Below, in pieces: positions 20,090 through 30,737 of a stretch of 64,000 nt of DNA. Source of the stretch: Thermoanaerobaculia bacterium (GTDB lineage Bacteria > Acidobacteriota > Thermoanaerobaculia > UBA5066); assembly GCA_963816185.1 (NCBI GenBank), contig CAWFJJ010000008.1, forward strand, positions 288,001 to 352,000, given 5' to 3'. The notes beneath the pieces were generated by a model. That model had not been told where the DNA came from. It saw nothing but the letters and a program-made list of their open reading frames with translations, and searched no databases. The translations under genes and the position numbers were made by a program. How positions within the stretch are numbered: position 1 is the stretch's first letter; the number at the start of each line of letters is the position of its first letter.

Positions 20090-20186
20090 AGACACCCTCC
20101 TGTCATGGGCAAGCCACTTCCCTTCAAAATGGTTCGACTCTGCTCATCGGCCATGATTCAGACGCATCATTCCACCCCCAAACCCG

Positions 20187-20230
20187 CGATAGTGCGGGTT
20201 GACCGGGTCGCGGAGCGTTTGCGAGATGTA
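20187..20230. repeat. 44-bp imperfect direct repeat, copy B
   Basis: CGATAGTGCGGGTTGAcCGGGTCgcGGAGCGtTtgcgaGATGTA. Confidence 0.8.
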
Positions 20231-20294
20231 TCTTCTGGAGTGTGCGGAGCCTTGTGGGTGGAGTCCACGCGCGAGGGTCTCGCGAGGTGACGAG

Positions 20295-20714
20295 ATGACC
20301 CGTGAGCAGATCGCCCTCGTCCGAAAGAGCTTCGATCGCCTGAGGCCGCTTCCGCGAGGGGCGGGCAAGGACTTCTACGACACGCTGTTCGCGCTCGACC
20401 CGTCTCTGAGGCCCCTTTTCTCCAAGGACGTCGAGAATCAGGGCGCGATGTTCGTGGTGGCGCTGGGGCTCGCGCTGAAGGGCCTCGACGACGAGGACGG
20501 TGCCGTGGACGAGTCGCTCCGCGAGCTCGGGCGCCGCCACGTGCTGTACGGCGCGAAGGACGTCCATTTCGACACGTTCCGCGAGGCGCTCCTGTGCATG
20601 TTCGCGCAGCGCCTCGGCCCCGACTTCACGCCCGAGACGGCCGAGGCCTGGCGGGCCGCCTTTGACCGCATCAGCTCCGTCATGAAGGCGGCGGCGGCTG
20701 AAGCGCGGAGGTAA
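20295..20714 (+). CDS. Single-domain globin (flavohemoglobin-like 3/3 fold)
   Basis: FY(B10)DTLFALDPSLRPLF(CD1), Q(E7), LGRRH(F8) and FTPETAEAW. Confidence 0.9.
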   Translation: MTREQIALVRKSFDRLRPLPRGAGKDFYDTLFALDPSLRPLFSKDVENQGAMFVVALGLALKGLDDEDGAVDESLRELGRRHVLYGAKDVHFDTFREALLCMFAQRLGPDFTPETAEAWRAAFDRISSVMKAAAAEARR

Positions 20715-20770
20715 TTTTGCTAAGAAACCCAAGACGAGGAGAACAGGCGGCCCCGTGAAGTTCGGCCGCC

Positions 20771-20804
20771 GGGGGGAGATTCCTAATCTCCCCCCGCACC
20801 CCCC
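20771..20804 (-). repeat. G-run/G-run/hairpin/C-run element, copy 2
   Basis: Minus strand GGGGGG-TGC-GGGGGG-AGATTAGGAATCT-CCCCCC; supplies the last codons and the stop of the sigma54 activator. Confidence 0.7.
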
Positions 20805-22873
20805 TCAAGCCCGTACTTCTCGATGCGCGAGTAGAGCTGGGCGCGCGTGAGGCCGAGGAGCTTCGCGGCCCGGCTCTTGTTGAAGCGCGCTTTCTTCAGC
20901 GCCTCTTTCACGTAGTCGCGCTCCAGCGACTCGAGGTCGAGGCCTTCGGGCGGCAAGAACGCGCCGGCAGGGCCCGGAGCGGCAGCGCGGGAAGCCGAAT
21001 CCTGGCGCGTGACGGAGATCGGGAGATGCGCCGCCGTGATCAGGCCGCCCTCCACGAGAATCGCGGCGCGCTCGAGCGCGTTTCGAAGCTCGCGCACGTT
21101 TCCGGGCCAGGGGTAGGAGAGAAGGAGCTCCTTTGCTTCGCGTGAGATGCCGGGCACGGGGCGGCCGACGGCCGGGCCGAGCTCGGCGAGGAACATCTCC
21201 GTGAGAGGCAGGATGTCTTCCGGGCGCTCGCGCAGGGGCGGCAGGTGGATCCCGAAGACCGAAAGCCTGTAAAAGAGGTCCTCGCGGAATTCGCCTTTCT
21301 CGATCGCCCGCGCGAGGTCGCGGTTCGTGGCCGCGATGAGACGCGCGTCGGTCTTCAGCACCTTCGTTCCGCCGAGCCGCTGGAACTCGTGCTCCTCGAG
21401 GACGCGCAGGAGCTTCGCCTGCACGGCCGGGCTCATCTCGCCCGCCTCGTCGAGGAAGAGAGTGCCGCCCGCGGCCTGCTCGAGCCGGCCCGGTTTTCCG
21501 CCCGTCGCGCCCGTGAACGCGCCCTTCTCGTACCCGAACAGCTCGGACTCGAGGAGCTGGTCCGGCAGGGCGGCGCCGTTCAGGGCGATGAACGGACCGG
21601 CCGCGCGCGCCGAGCTCCGGTGGATCGCCCGCGCGACGACCTCCTTGCCCGTGCCGGACTCGCCGGTCAGAAGGACGGTCGTCTCCATGGGCGCGACCTT
21701 GGCGGCCTGGACGAGGACTTCATGCCAGCTCTTCGACGTTCCCACGATGCGGCCGAACCCGCCGCGCGAGGCGAGCTCCTCGGAGAGGACGGCCACCCGC
21801 TTCTCGAGCGTCTCGGCCTGCGCCCGGGCGTCGGCCGCTCGGCGCGCCTCCTCGGCGAGGCGCTGATGGGAAAGGGCGAGCGCGACCTGGTCGGCGACAT
21901 GCTGGGCGAAGGGAATGTCGTCCTCGCTGTACGTGTTGGGCGTGCGCGAGATGAAGAGCAGGCCGCCCGCGAACTGCCAGCGGCCCTCGAAGAAGATGGG
22001 CACGCGCAGAATCGAGCGCGCCCCGTCCGCCGTGAGGTGCCGGCATTTGTCGGATGCGGGGTCGAGCTCGACGAGGACGTCCCGGACGATTTCGGTCGAC
22101 CAGTGCTCGCGCGCCCGGTCGGCGGGCGTCAGGCGGATCGGCTCGCGGATCTCCGGGAAGCCGGCGCCCGAGACCGCGTACACGCGGACGGCCGACCGGT
22201 CCTCCGTGAGAAGGCCGAGCGCCATGCGGTCGTGCGGAATGACCGGCCGGACGATCTCCGAGATGCGCTCGAAGACGTCGCGCACGTCGAGTGCCGTCGC
22301 GAGCGCCGGCACGAGAGCCTGCAGTCCTTCGTACTTCCGCCGCCTGTTCCTCTCGTCCGCGGCGAGGCGCTCGTGCTCGAACGCCATCGCGATGACATCG
22401 GCGATCGGCCGCACGAGCTCTTCGTCGTCCTCGCTATAGGCCCCCGGCTTCAGGCTCAGAAGGGTCAAATAGCCGCTGCGCGACGTGCCGGTGAGCGGCA
22501 CGCGAAGCATCGACCGGACCTTCGCGTCCTTGAAGCTCTGGTCGCGAGGGTAGGAGGTATCGAGGGTGGAGAGGAGATCGTCCGTTCGCCCCACGCGCAT
22601 CAGCAGGGCCCAGAGCGCGGGCGAATAGTCTTTTCGCGGGACGAGGCGTGCGTACGTGCGGCGGTCCTCGTCGTTCAGCGTCGGGCCCGCGATCGTGTAG
22701 AGGGAGAACCCTTCGCCCTCGTGGTTGTAGGTCACGGTCATCGCGTCGAAGGCGAGGACGCGCGCCGCCGCCGCCGAGATGCGCTGGAAGACGACGTCGA
22801 GCTCGAGCGTCTCTGACGCGACGCGGGCGATCTCCGAAAGCACCGGGACAAGGGCGGTCCTTCCCGACTCCAT
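20783..22873 (-). CDS. Sigma54-dependent activator, GAF-GAF-AAA+-Fis HTH
   Basis: [27 protein letters not shown]-terminal HTH; two N-terminal GAF-like repeats. Confidence 0.93.
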   Translation of the reverse strand: MESGRTALVPVLSEIARVASETLELDVVFQRISAAAARVLAFDAMTVTYNHEGEGFSLYTIAGPTLNDEDRRTYARLVPRKDYSPALWALLMRVGRTDDLLSTLDTSYPRDQSFKDAKVRSMLRVPLTGTSRSGYLTLLSLKPGAYSEDDEELVRPIADVIAMAFEHERLAADERNRRRKYEGLQALVPALATALDVRDVFERISEIVRPVIPHDRMALGLLTEDRSAVRVYAVSGAGFPEIREPIRLTPADRAREHWSTEIVRDVLVELDPASDKCRHLTADGARSILRVPIFFEGRWQFAGGLLFISRTPNTYSEDDIPFAQHVADQVALALSHQRLAEEARRAADARAQAETLEKRVAVLSEELASRGGFGRIVGTSKSWHEVLVQAAKVAPMETTVLLTGESGTGKEVVARAIHRSSARAAGPFIALNGAALPDQLLESELFGYEKGAFTGATGGKPGRLEQAAGGTLFLDEAGEMSPAVQAKLLRVLEEHEFQRLGGTKVLKTDARLIAATNRDLARAIEKGEFREDLFYRLSVFGIHLPPLRERPEDILPLTEMFLAELGPAVGRPVPGISREAKELLLSYPWPGNVRELRNALERAAILVEGGLITAAHLPISVTRQDSASRAAAPGPAGAFLPPEGLDLESLERDYVKEALKKARFNKSRAAKLLGLTRAQLYSRIEKYGLEGGAGGD

Positions 22874-22915
22874 GGGGCGGTCATTCTAGGCCCCGCGGTC
22901 GACTACACTTCGGAG

Positions 22916-24397
22916 ATGCCGGTCTCGGGGGCAGCCCAGGATCTCGCCGAAGGCGTCCTTGCGGGGCGCGTGCCCGCCGTCGCGCGCGCGATCACGTGGG
23001 CCGAATCGGGCGATCCGCGCTTTCACGCGCTGCTCGCGCTCGTTTTTCCGCGAACGGGCGGCGCCCGCGTGACAGGCCTGACGGGCTCGCCGGGAGCGGG
23101 CAAATCCACGCTGACCGCCGCGCTCGCGCGCCGGGCGCGCGCCCTCGGGCGAAAGGTCGGCATCGTCGCGGTGGACCCGTCGTCTCCTTTCTCGGGCGGG
23201 GCGATTCTCGGCGACCGGATCCGCATGCAGGACCTCTATACGGATCCCGGGGTCCTCATCCGGTCGATGGCGACGCGCGGCCATCTCGGCGGCCTCGCGC
23301 GTGCGTCGGCCGACGCCGTGGACGTGCTCGACGCCGCAGGCTACGACGAGATCCTCGTCGAGACGGTGGGCGTGGGCCAGGACGAGGTCGAGGTCTTCCG
23401 GCTCGCCCAGACCTGCGTCGTCGTCCTGACGCCCGGCATGGGGGACGACATCCAGGCCATCAAGGCAGGCCTCATGGAGGTCGCGGATCTGTTCGTCGTG
23501 AACAAGGCCGACCGCGACGGCGCGGACCGCGTCGTGCAGGAGATCCTCCAGATGCTCGAGCTCGGGGAGCACGGCGCGTGGCTGCCGCCGGTCGTGAAGA
23601 CGGTCGCCACGACGGGCGCCGGCCTCGACGAGCTGGCCGCGAGGATCGCGGAGCACCGCGCGTTCCTCGACGGGCCGCAGGGCGCCGCGCGCAGACGCGA
23701 GCGGACGAAGATGCGAATTGAATCGCTGGTCAAAGAAGATTTTCTTAGAAGGGTAGAGAGGCTCCGGGGAGGCACGGGGGCCCTCGAGGAAGCCGCGGCG
23801 CGCGTGGAAGCGCGGATGGAAGATCCCGTGAGCGCCGCTCACACCCTGAGCGGCACGCTGGAGAAGGACGGCCGATCGCCGTCGCCCTCTTCACCTTCTA
23901 AGAAATCCCCGGTCTCCTCTCCCGCTCTCCTCCTCCTCATTCAACTTCTAAGAAATCCCCCGTTCCGAAATCCCCGTTCCCCTCTTTCGTCTCCCGAATT
24001 TCCCACCTCGGCATCGCCGTTCCGTCGCTCGAGAAAGGCGGAGTCTTCTGGGATCTCCTCGGCCTCGTCGAGGAGCACCGCGAGGAGGTCGCCTCGCAAG
24101 AAGTCGTCACGTCGTTCCGTGCGGTCGGGGAGTCGCACCTCGAGCTCCTCGAGTCGACGTCGCCCGACGGGCCGATCGCGAAAGCGCTCGAGAAGCGCGG
24201 CCCGGGCATCCACCATCTCTGCCTCGAGGTCGCGGACATCGGCGCCGTGCTCGCGAGGCTCAAGGAGGCCGGCGTGAAGCTCGTGAACGAAGACTCCGGT
24301 CGCCGGTGCTGGCGACTGCCTCGTCGCGTTCGTTCATCCTTCCGCGACGGGCGGGATTCTCCTGGAGCTGTCGGAGAAGAAGACGAAAACGGGCTGA
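22916..24397 (+). CDS. meaB: MeaB/ArgK GTPase probably fused to methylmalonyl-CoA epimerase (frameshifts near 23930 and 24290)
   Basis: GSPGAGKST, DPSSPFSGGAILGDRIRM, ETVGVG, NKAD; then a Ser/Pro linker and ISHLGIAV...LELLE...GPGIHHLC...AFVHP...LLEL without its own start codon. Confidence 0.8.
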
Positions 24398-24430
24398 CCA
24401 GGTAGTTATGGCGGTGTTATTATGTCGGCC

Positions 24431-24688
24431 ATGAGTGGAGACGCGTCCATGAGGCGCACGACCGTCATGCTTCCCGCCGACCTCCGCCGACGCGCCTTTC
24501 GCCGCGCGAAAGAGCAGGGTGTTTCGTTCGGGGTGATCGTCCGCGCTTCGTTGGACGCCGCGCTCCCCGACCAGCAAGGAACAGGCGGCGACGACCCGCT
24601 GTTCGCGGACGGCGCCGTCTGGCGCGGCCGGGCTCCGCGCGCCCTCGCCCGCGACCACGATCGTTTCCTGTACGACTCCGAGTCGTGA
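24431..24688 (+). CDS. Ribbon-helix-helix antitoxin (VapB-like)
   Basis: MRRTTVMLP strand plus helices; overlaps the PIN toxin start; start at 24431 or 24449. Confidence 0.75.
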   Translation: MSGDASMRRTTVMLPADLRRRAFRRAKEQGVSFGVIVRASLDAALPDQQGTGGDDPLFADGAVWRGRAPRALARDHDRFLYDSES

Positions 24689-25116
24689 TCTTCGTCGACA
24701 CGGGCGCGTTCCTGGCGCGGTACAGCGAAGGCGACCAGTTTCATCGGGTCGCCGCCCGCGCGTGGAAACGTCTCGGGCGCTCGACCGGGGCTCTCTTCAC
24801 GTCCAGTTTCGTGGTGGACGAAACGCTCACGCTTCTCGGGCGGCGGACGACGTACGCGTTCGCGGCGGCGCGGGCTGAGGCGATTTACGCGTCGCGCGTG
24901 CTGACGATCCTCCGGCCGGACGCGGCCGACGAGTCTTCCGCCGTCGACCTGTTTCGGAAGTTCGCGGACCAGAAGGTGAGCTTCACCGATTGCGTCTCGT
25001 TCGCCCTCATGCGCCGCCACAGAGTGAAAAGGGTCTTCACGTTCGACCGCCATTTCGCGCGCGCGGGATTCGAGGTCTGGCCGGCCCTGGGGCGCGACGC
25101 CGGGTCAGGGCGGTGA
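24685..25116 (+). CDS. vapC: PIN-domain toxin
   Basis: IFVDTGAF, VVDET, SFTDC and TFDRHF acidic PIN residues. Confidence 0.9.
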   Translation: MIFVDTGAFLARYSEGDQFHRVAARAWKRLGRSTGALFTSSFVVDETLTLLGRRTTYAFAAARAEAIYASRVLTILRPDAADESSAVDLFRKFADQKVSFTDCVSFALMRRHRVKRVFTFDRHFARAGFEVWPALGRDAGSGR

Positions 25117-25152
25117 GACGTCGACCTGAGGAAGGAGGGCGACCTGCTGTCC

Positions 25153-25494
25153 TCAGTTCGGGCGGGACGTGGGCGTTGCGGCCGCCACCGTCTGCGGGCC
25201 GAGGAAACCCCGCACGTCCGAGCCCACGATGTCGAAGAACCTCTCGGCGTAGCTCGCGACGCTTCCCACGCGCGCGTCCTCGAACACCTTCTCGATCCGG
25301 TGGAGGGGGACGAAGAGCGTCGCGACCCCCAGCTCCGCGTCGGCGCCCGGCCTCTGCTGGCGCGCCCAGTCGTCGAACAGCTCGAGCTCGAGGCCGCGCA
25401 GCGTCATGCCGGCTGGCCCGAGCGCCAGGAGGACGCCCCAATACTTCTCCTTGGGCTGGACGAGGTGCACGAGAACGAGCGTGCCGGCGTCCAT
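25153..25494 (-). CDS. Hypothetical protein, possibly Sm/SH3-like beta fold
   Basis: Typical codon usage; VLVHL...KYWGVL...TLFVPLHRIEKV. Confidence 0.7.
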   Translation of the reverse strand: MDAGTLVLVHLVQPKEKYWGVLLALGPAGMTLRGLELELFDDWARQQRPGADAELGVATLFVPLHRIEKVFEDARVGSVASYAERFFDIVGSDVRGFLGPQTVAAATPTSRPN

Positions 25495-25501
25495 CGGCGC
25501 G

Positions 25502-26287
25502 TCAGAAGATCACGCGCGACACGAAGTACTTCGACGGCGAGATGCGCCCGTTGAGGAGCGCGTCCGCATCGTCCGGCGAAACCTCGAAGTGCCCCGCCGC
25601 TTCGCCGCTGGCCGTCGCGAGGATCACCTCCACCTTCTCGAGCGGCTTGCCCGCGGCGCGGGCCTCCTTGAGCCCGCGAGCGGACGCCATGAGCGCGAGA
25701 AACACCTGCTGCTCGTTGTCCGTCACGGCCTGGACGCGCAGGGCGGAGGGAAGATTTCCGAGCTTCACGCCCTTCACGTTGCTCCCGTCGAGCGCGCGCA
25801 TGAAAGCGTCGCTGATGACGGGGTCGAGGACGACCGGCGGAGGCTCGGCAGCCTTACCGGCGGCCGCACGGGGGGCGCGCGTCTCCCGTTCGGTCACGAT
25901 GCCGGTCCGCGGCTCCGGGCGGTCGGCATCCAGCTTCCGGCCGTTTTTCTTGATGTAGTCCGAAAGCGATGGCTTTTTCGCTTCCGGCGCAGCCAACGAG
26001 GAGGTGCGGCCGCCGGGATCGTCGAGGACATAAGCGCCTCCGAGGCCTTCCCGGTTCGCCTTCTCGCTGCGCTCCTGGTCCCACTCGTCGATCGCGATCG
26101 TCTGGGACGTCCCGAGGGGAGTGAGGTAGACGAGGCGCCGACCCTGGACGACGGGCCTGTCCCGCGCTTCGATCCGGCTGCCGTCTTTCGTGTAGATCAC
26201 GTACGTGGCGTCGGCGGGTAGGGCCGAGAGCGCTGCAACGACGAGAGCAACCGCCGGGAGGAGGGAGGTGCGCGCGCGTGGGGACAT
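25502..26287 (-). CDS. Secreted hypothetical protein
   Basis: Signal peptide ending ADA, then YVIYTKDGSRIEA; typical codon usage. Confidence 0.75.
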   Translation of the reverse strand: MSPRARTSLLPAVALVVAALSALPADATYVIYTKDGSRIEARDRPVVQGRRLVYLTPLGTSQTIAIDEWDQERSEKANREGLGGAYVLDDPGGRTSSLAAPEAKKPSLSDYIKKNGRKLDADRPEPRTGIVTERETRAPRAAAGKAAEPPPVVLDPVISDAFMRALDGSNVKGVKLGNLPSALRVQAVTDNEQQVFLALMASARGLKEARAAGKPLEKVEVILATASGEAAGHFEVSPDDADALLNGRISPSKYFVSRVIF

Positions 26288-26364
26288 CGGTGCCTCCGGG
26301 AGCCGCCACGAGGGAGCAGGCGGCAGGATGAAGTATAAACGTCGCCGGAGAGAGGGGCGGACGC

Positions 26365-27378
26365 GTGCTGATCGTCATGGACCGGAGCGCCACGGGCGAA
26401 GACGTCGGCCGTGTCGTCGCCGCCGCGGAGCGCCTCGGGTTGAAGGCCCACCCGATTCCGGGCGCGCAGCGCACGGCGGTCGGTATCACGGGCAACAAGG
26501 GCACGGTGGGGCCGGCGGCGTTCGAAAGCCTGCCGGGCGTTCTCGAGGTCATCCGGGTCTCGCATCCGTACAAGCTCGTCTCGCGCGAGTTCCACCCCGA
26601 GGACACCATCGTCTCCGTGGGCGGCGTCCCCATCGGCGGCACGCGCATCGTCGTGATCGCGGGGCCTTGCGCCGTCGAGACCCGGGAGCAGACGCTCACG
26701 ATCGCGCGCCAGGTCAAGTCGCGAGGCGCCGATCTCCTGCGCGGCGGCGCCTACAAGCCGCGGACTTCGCCATACGCGTTCCAGGGCCTCGCCGAGGAAG
26801 GCCTGAAGATCCTCGCCGAGGCCCGTGAGGAGACGGGCCTGCCCGTCGTCACCGAGGTGCTCGACACCGAGACGGTCGACCTCGTGGCCTCGTACGCCGA
26901 TTGCCTGCAGGTGGGCGCGCGCAACATGCAGAACTTCGAGCTCCTGAAGAAGGCGGGCCGTACCGGGAAGCCCGTTCTTCTGAAGCGCGGCATGTCGGCC
27001 ACGCTCGAGGAATTCCTGCTGGCGGCCGAGTACGTCCTCTCGGAGGGGAATCCGAACGTCGTCCTCTGCGAGCGGGGCATCCGCACGTTCTCGGATTTCA
27101 CGCGCAACACGCTCGACCTGTCGGTCGTGCCGGCGGTCGAGCGTCTGTCGCACCTGCCGATCGTCGTCGACCCGTCGCACGGAACCGGGCGCCGCGACAA
27201 GGTCGTGCCCATGTCGCGCGCGTCGATCGCGGCCGGCGCCGACGGCATCGCGGTCGAGGTCCACCACAAGCCGGCCGAGGCTCTGTCGGACGGCCCTCAG
27301 GCGCTCACGCCCGACATGTTCAGCGAGCTGATGGACCAGATCCGCCCGATCGCGGCGGCGGTCGGGAGGACGGCATGA
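26365..27378 (+). CDS. aroF: 3-deoxy-7-phosphoheptulonate (DAHP) synthase, class I-beta with N-terminal regulatory domain
   Basis: [33 protein letters not shown] and DPSH. Confidence 0.95.
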   Translation: MLIVMDRSATGEDVGRVVAAAERLGLKAHPIPGAQRTAVGITGNKGTVGPAAFESLPGVLEVIRVSHPYKLVSREFHPEDTIVSVGGVPIGGTRIVVIAGPCAVETREQTLTIARQVKSRGADLLRGGAYKPRTSPYAFQGLAEEGLKILAEAREETGLPVVTEVLDTETVDLVASYADCLQVGARNMQNFELLKKAGRTGKPVLLKRGMSATLEEFLLAAEYVLSEGNPNVVLCERGIRTFSDFTRNTLDLSVVPAVERLSHLPIVVDPSHGTGRRDKVVPMSRASIAAGADGIAVEVHHKPAEALSDGPQALTPDMFSELMDQIRPIAAAVGRTA

Positions 27379-28485
27379 GCGGCGCGCTCCTCGTCCTCGA
27401 GGACGGCCGGTCGTTTGCGGGCCGCGCCGTCGGGGCGCCGGGAACGACGTTCGGCGAAGTCGTCTTCAACACGGGTATGTCGGGTTATCAGGAGACGCTG
27501 ACCGACCCGTCCTATCGCGGGCAGATCGTCGTCATGACGGCCTCGCACATCGGCAATTACGGCCTCAACGACGAGGACGTCGAATCTTCGCGGATCCAGG
27601 TCGCCGGCTTTCGCCGCACGGCATTTCCCGGACCGCTTCTCGAGCGCCCGGGGCAAGGAGCCGATCGGCCAGGGGCTCGCGGAGGGCGGCGTCGTGGGAA
27701 TCGACGAGCTCGATGCGCGCGCCCTCGTTCGGCATCTCAGGAGCCGGGGCGTCATGCGCGGCGCGATCTCCACCGAGACGGCATCCGAGGCCGACGCCGC
27801 GGCGCTCGTCGAAACAGTGAAGGAGCAGCCGACGATGGCGGGCGCCGCTCTCGCTCTGACGGTCGGAACCACGGCGCGCTACGGTTTCGCGCTTCCCCGG
27901 GGCGTGGCGCGAAAGGGGCGCGTGGCCGCCATCGACTACGGCATCAAGAGGAACATCTTGAGGATGCTCGCCGCGCGCGGCCTCGAGCCGACCGTGTTCC
28001 CGGCGGCGGCGACCGCCGGGGAGATGCTCGCGGAGGGATTCGACGGCTACTTCCTTTCGAACGGCCCGGGCGATCCCGACGCGCTGCCGTCATGCGTCGC
28101 GGAGGTGAAGCGCCTCGTCGAGTCCGGCAAGCCCGTGTTCGGCATCTGCCTCGGGCAGCAGCTCCTGGGCCTCGCTCTCGGCGGCACGACGTACAAGCTC
28201 AAGTTCGGTCACCGCGGCGCGAACCATCCGGTGAAGAACCTTCAGACGGGCCGCGTCGCCATCACGTCGCAGAATCACGGCTTCTCCGTCGCGTCCGAGT
28301 CGTTGCCGTCGAACGTCGAGCTCACGCACGTCAACCTCAACGACGGCACGTGCGAGGGCTTCCGGGCGACGGACCGTCCCGTCTTCGCGGTGCAGTACCA
28401 CCCGGAATCCGCCCCGGGCCCGCACGACTCGGGCGCGCTGTTCGACGAGTTCGTGAGTCTCGTGGAGCGGGCCGACGCGCGCTGA
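27375..28485 (+). CDS. carA: Carbamoyl-phosphate synthase small subunit (frameshift near 27610)
   Basis: [33 protein letters not shown] and QYHPE. Confidence 0.93.
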
Positions 28486-28542
28486 CGCGCTTATGATGGC
28501 TCGCCATCGCGCATCGAGAACTTCTCGGGCCAGGAGGGCCAA

Positions 28543-29406
28543 ATGGATTCACGAGCTCGTCATCTCTTCACCGGGTTCGCTCTCGCGGCGTCCGTCGCGA
28601 TCCTGACGCCGCGCGGCCTCGCCGCCGAAGGAACGGCCAAAGGCACGCTCACGGTCAACGGCAAGACGACGGACGTGAAGTACGCGTATGCCTCCGCCGG
28701 GCCGGGCTTCTTCGACAAGACGAAGGAAGACGTCACGGTGATCGTCAGCGACGTGCCGCTCGACGCGAAGGCGCTCGAGGATCAGTTCGAGCGGATGAAG
28801 ATGGCCGACGCGGGAAAGCTTCACGCGTTCGAGATCACGTTCGATGCCGATGCGAATCCCATCTCCACGTCCTTCCGGCACAACGGATTCACGAAGGCGA
28901 GCCCCAGCGGCATGTCCAGCGAAGACGTCTTCGAGAAGAAGACGTTCGACGGGAAGACGATCGAAGGGCGTTATAAGAGCGCGAAAACGCACGAGTTCTT
29001 CGGGAGCACGTACTCGTTCGACGTCGCGTTCAAGGCCGACATCACGCGCAAGGCGAAGCCCGTCCCGCCGACGGCGGCGGAAACGGCGGCCGCCCGGAAG
29101 AGCCCGCAGGCGAAGGTGTATGCGGATTTCCTCAGGGCTGTCCAGAAAGAGGACCTCGGTGCGATGCGCAAGCTCATGACGAAGGAGCAGGCGAAGAACC
29201 TCGACGGTCCGGACGCGAAGCAGATGGTGAAGATGGTCAAGATGATGTCCGCGACGGACATCAAGGTCCTGAAGGTCGACGAGAAGGGCGACACCGCCGA
29301 GCTGACGGTCAGCGGCAAGCAGGACGGCAACGAGCAGAACGGCGTCGTCCACATGGTGAAGGAAGGCGGCGCATGGAAGGTGCAGCGGGAGGAGTGGAAG
29401 AACTGA
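28543..29406 (+). CDS. Secreted two-domain hypothetical protein
   Basis: SD GGAGG and signal peptide; C-terminal NTF2/DUF4878-like pattern (GDTAELTV...MVKEGGAWKV). Confidence 0.8.
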   Translation: MDSRARHLFTGFALAASVAILTPRGLAAEGTAKGTLTVNGKTTDVKYAYASAGPGFFDKTKEDVTVIVSDVPLDAKALEDQFERMKMADAGKLHAFEITFDADANPISTSFRHNGFTKASPSGMSSEDVFEKKTFDGKTIEGRYKSAKTHEFFGSTYSFDVAFKADITRKAKPVPPTAAETAAARKSPQAKVYADFLRAVQKEDLGAMRKLMTKEQAKNLDGPDAKQMVKMVKMMSATDIKVLKVDEKGDTAELTVSGKQDGNEQNGVVHMVKEGGAWKVQREEWKN

Positions 29407-29482
29407 GGATGAACCGAAGAGCCGATGCATCGCTGAGGCTCGGAGATACCTGCCGCGCCCGAGGCGACAGGCGAGGGCGCGG

Positions 29483-30715
29483 CTGAACGTACCCGCCTTC
29501 CTCGCGAAGCGGTTCCTTTTCGGCAGCCGGCGCGGGCTGCCGAAGACCGTTTCGCTCCTCGCCCTCTTCGGCGTCGCGCTGGGAGCCGCGTCGCTCGTCG
29601 TCGCGATGGGGCTCATGTCGGGCTACCGGCACGATCTCGCCGAGAAGCTCGCCGGGACGAGCGCGGAAATCGTCGCGATGCCGGAGCCGGGGGCGAACGT
29701 CGAGGAACAGCGCATGCAGCTTCGCGCCCTGCCGAACGTGACGGCGGTCGCCCGCACGGCATTCGCGCCGGCCCTTCTCCTGTCCTCGCGGGCGCCCGAG
29801 GGCGTCGACGCGCTCGTGAAGGCTCTCGAGCTACCCGACGGCCTCGCGACGACGCGGCTCCTCGGCGCGGTTCCCGGCCTCGCGAAGTCCTTCGCGGATC
29901 TCGAAGCGAAGGGAAAGATCCCCGTTCTCCTCGGAGCGGGGCTCGCGAAGAGGCTCGGCGCACGCGCGGGCGGAGCGATCGTCCTCGAGACCGCGTCGGC
30001 CGCGCTCGCGGCCGGCCTCGCGGTCCCGGCGCGAACTCCGCTCGCGGTCGCCGCGATCGTCGAGACCGGGTTCTCGGAGGTGGACGACGGCTGGGCGGTG
30101 ATCCCGCTCTCGGTCTTCGAACGGCTCGCGCCCCCGGGCGCCCGCCAGGGCGTTTGGGAGATGAAGCTCGTTCACCCCTCAGCTTCGGGCGAGACGGTGA
30201 CCGCGGCACGAAAGCTGCTCGGAGAGAACGCGACCGTGCTCGACTGGAAGATCCTGAACCGCGACCTCTTCGAAGCGCTCGCGGTCCAGCAGACGTTGCT
30301 GTTCGTCGTCCTCACGCTCATCGTGGCCGTAGCGGCCGGAACCGTCGTCTCGTCGCTCGTCGTTCTTCTCGCGGAGAAGACGCGGGAAGTCGGGGTCCTG
30401 GCTGCGCTCGGCGCGCCGCCCGCGCTCGTGGCCCGCGCATTTCGCCTCTCGGGGATGCTCCTCGGCGGGGCGGGCCTCGCCCTGGGGGTTCTCTTCGGGC
30501 TTCTCGTCTGCTTCCTGCTCACGGTCTTCCGTGTCGTGCGCTTCCCGCCCGAAATCGCGAAGGTTTACTACCTCTCGTGGATGCCGTTCAAGCCCGAACC
30601 CCTCCATATTCTCGGGATCCTCGCGATCGGCTTCGTGCTGGTCCTCGGCGCCTCGGCGCTTCCCGCGCGCCGCGCCGCTCGGATGAATCCGGCCGACGCC
30701 CTGCGGTACGAGTGA
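29483..30715 (+). CDS. LolC/E-FtsX family ABC permease
   Basis: GVALGAASLVVAMGLMSG, EKTREVGVLAALG and PARRAARMNPADALRYE; start inferred at CTG 29483. Confidence 0.88.
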   Translation: MNVPAFLAKRFLFGSRRGLPKTVSLLALFGVALGAASLVVAMGLMSGYRHDLAEKLAGTSAEIVAMPEPGANVEEQRMQLRALPNVTAVARTAFAPALLLSSRAPEGVDALVKALELPDGLATTRLLGAVPGLAKSFADLEAKGKIPVLLGAGLAKRLGARAGGAIVLETASAALAAGLAVPARTPLAVAAIVETGFSEVDDGWAVIPLSVFERLAPPGARQGVWEMKLVHPSASGETVTAARKLLGENATVLDWKILNRDLFEALAVQQTLLFVVLTLIVAVAAGTVVSSLVVLLAEKTREVGVLAALGAPPALVARAFRLSGMLLGGAGLALGVLFGLLVCFLLTVFRVVRFPPEIAKVYYLSWMPFKPEPLHILGILAIGFVLVLGASALPARRAARMNPADALRYE

Positions 30716-30737
30716 CCGGCGTGCGCCGCCCCAGATC

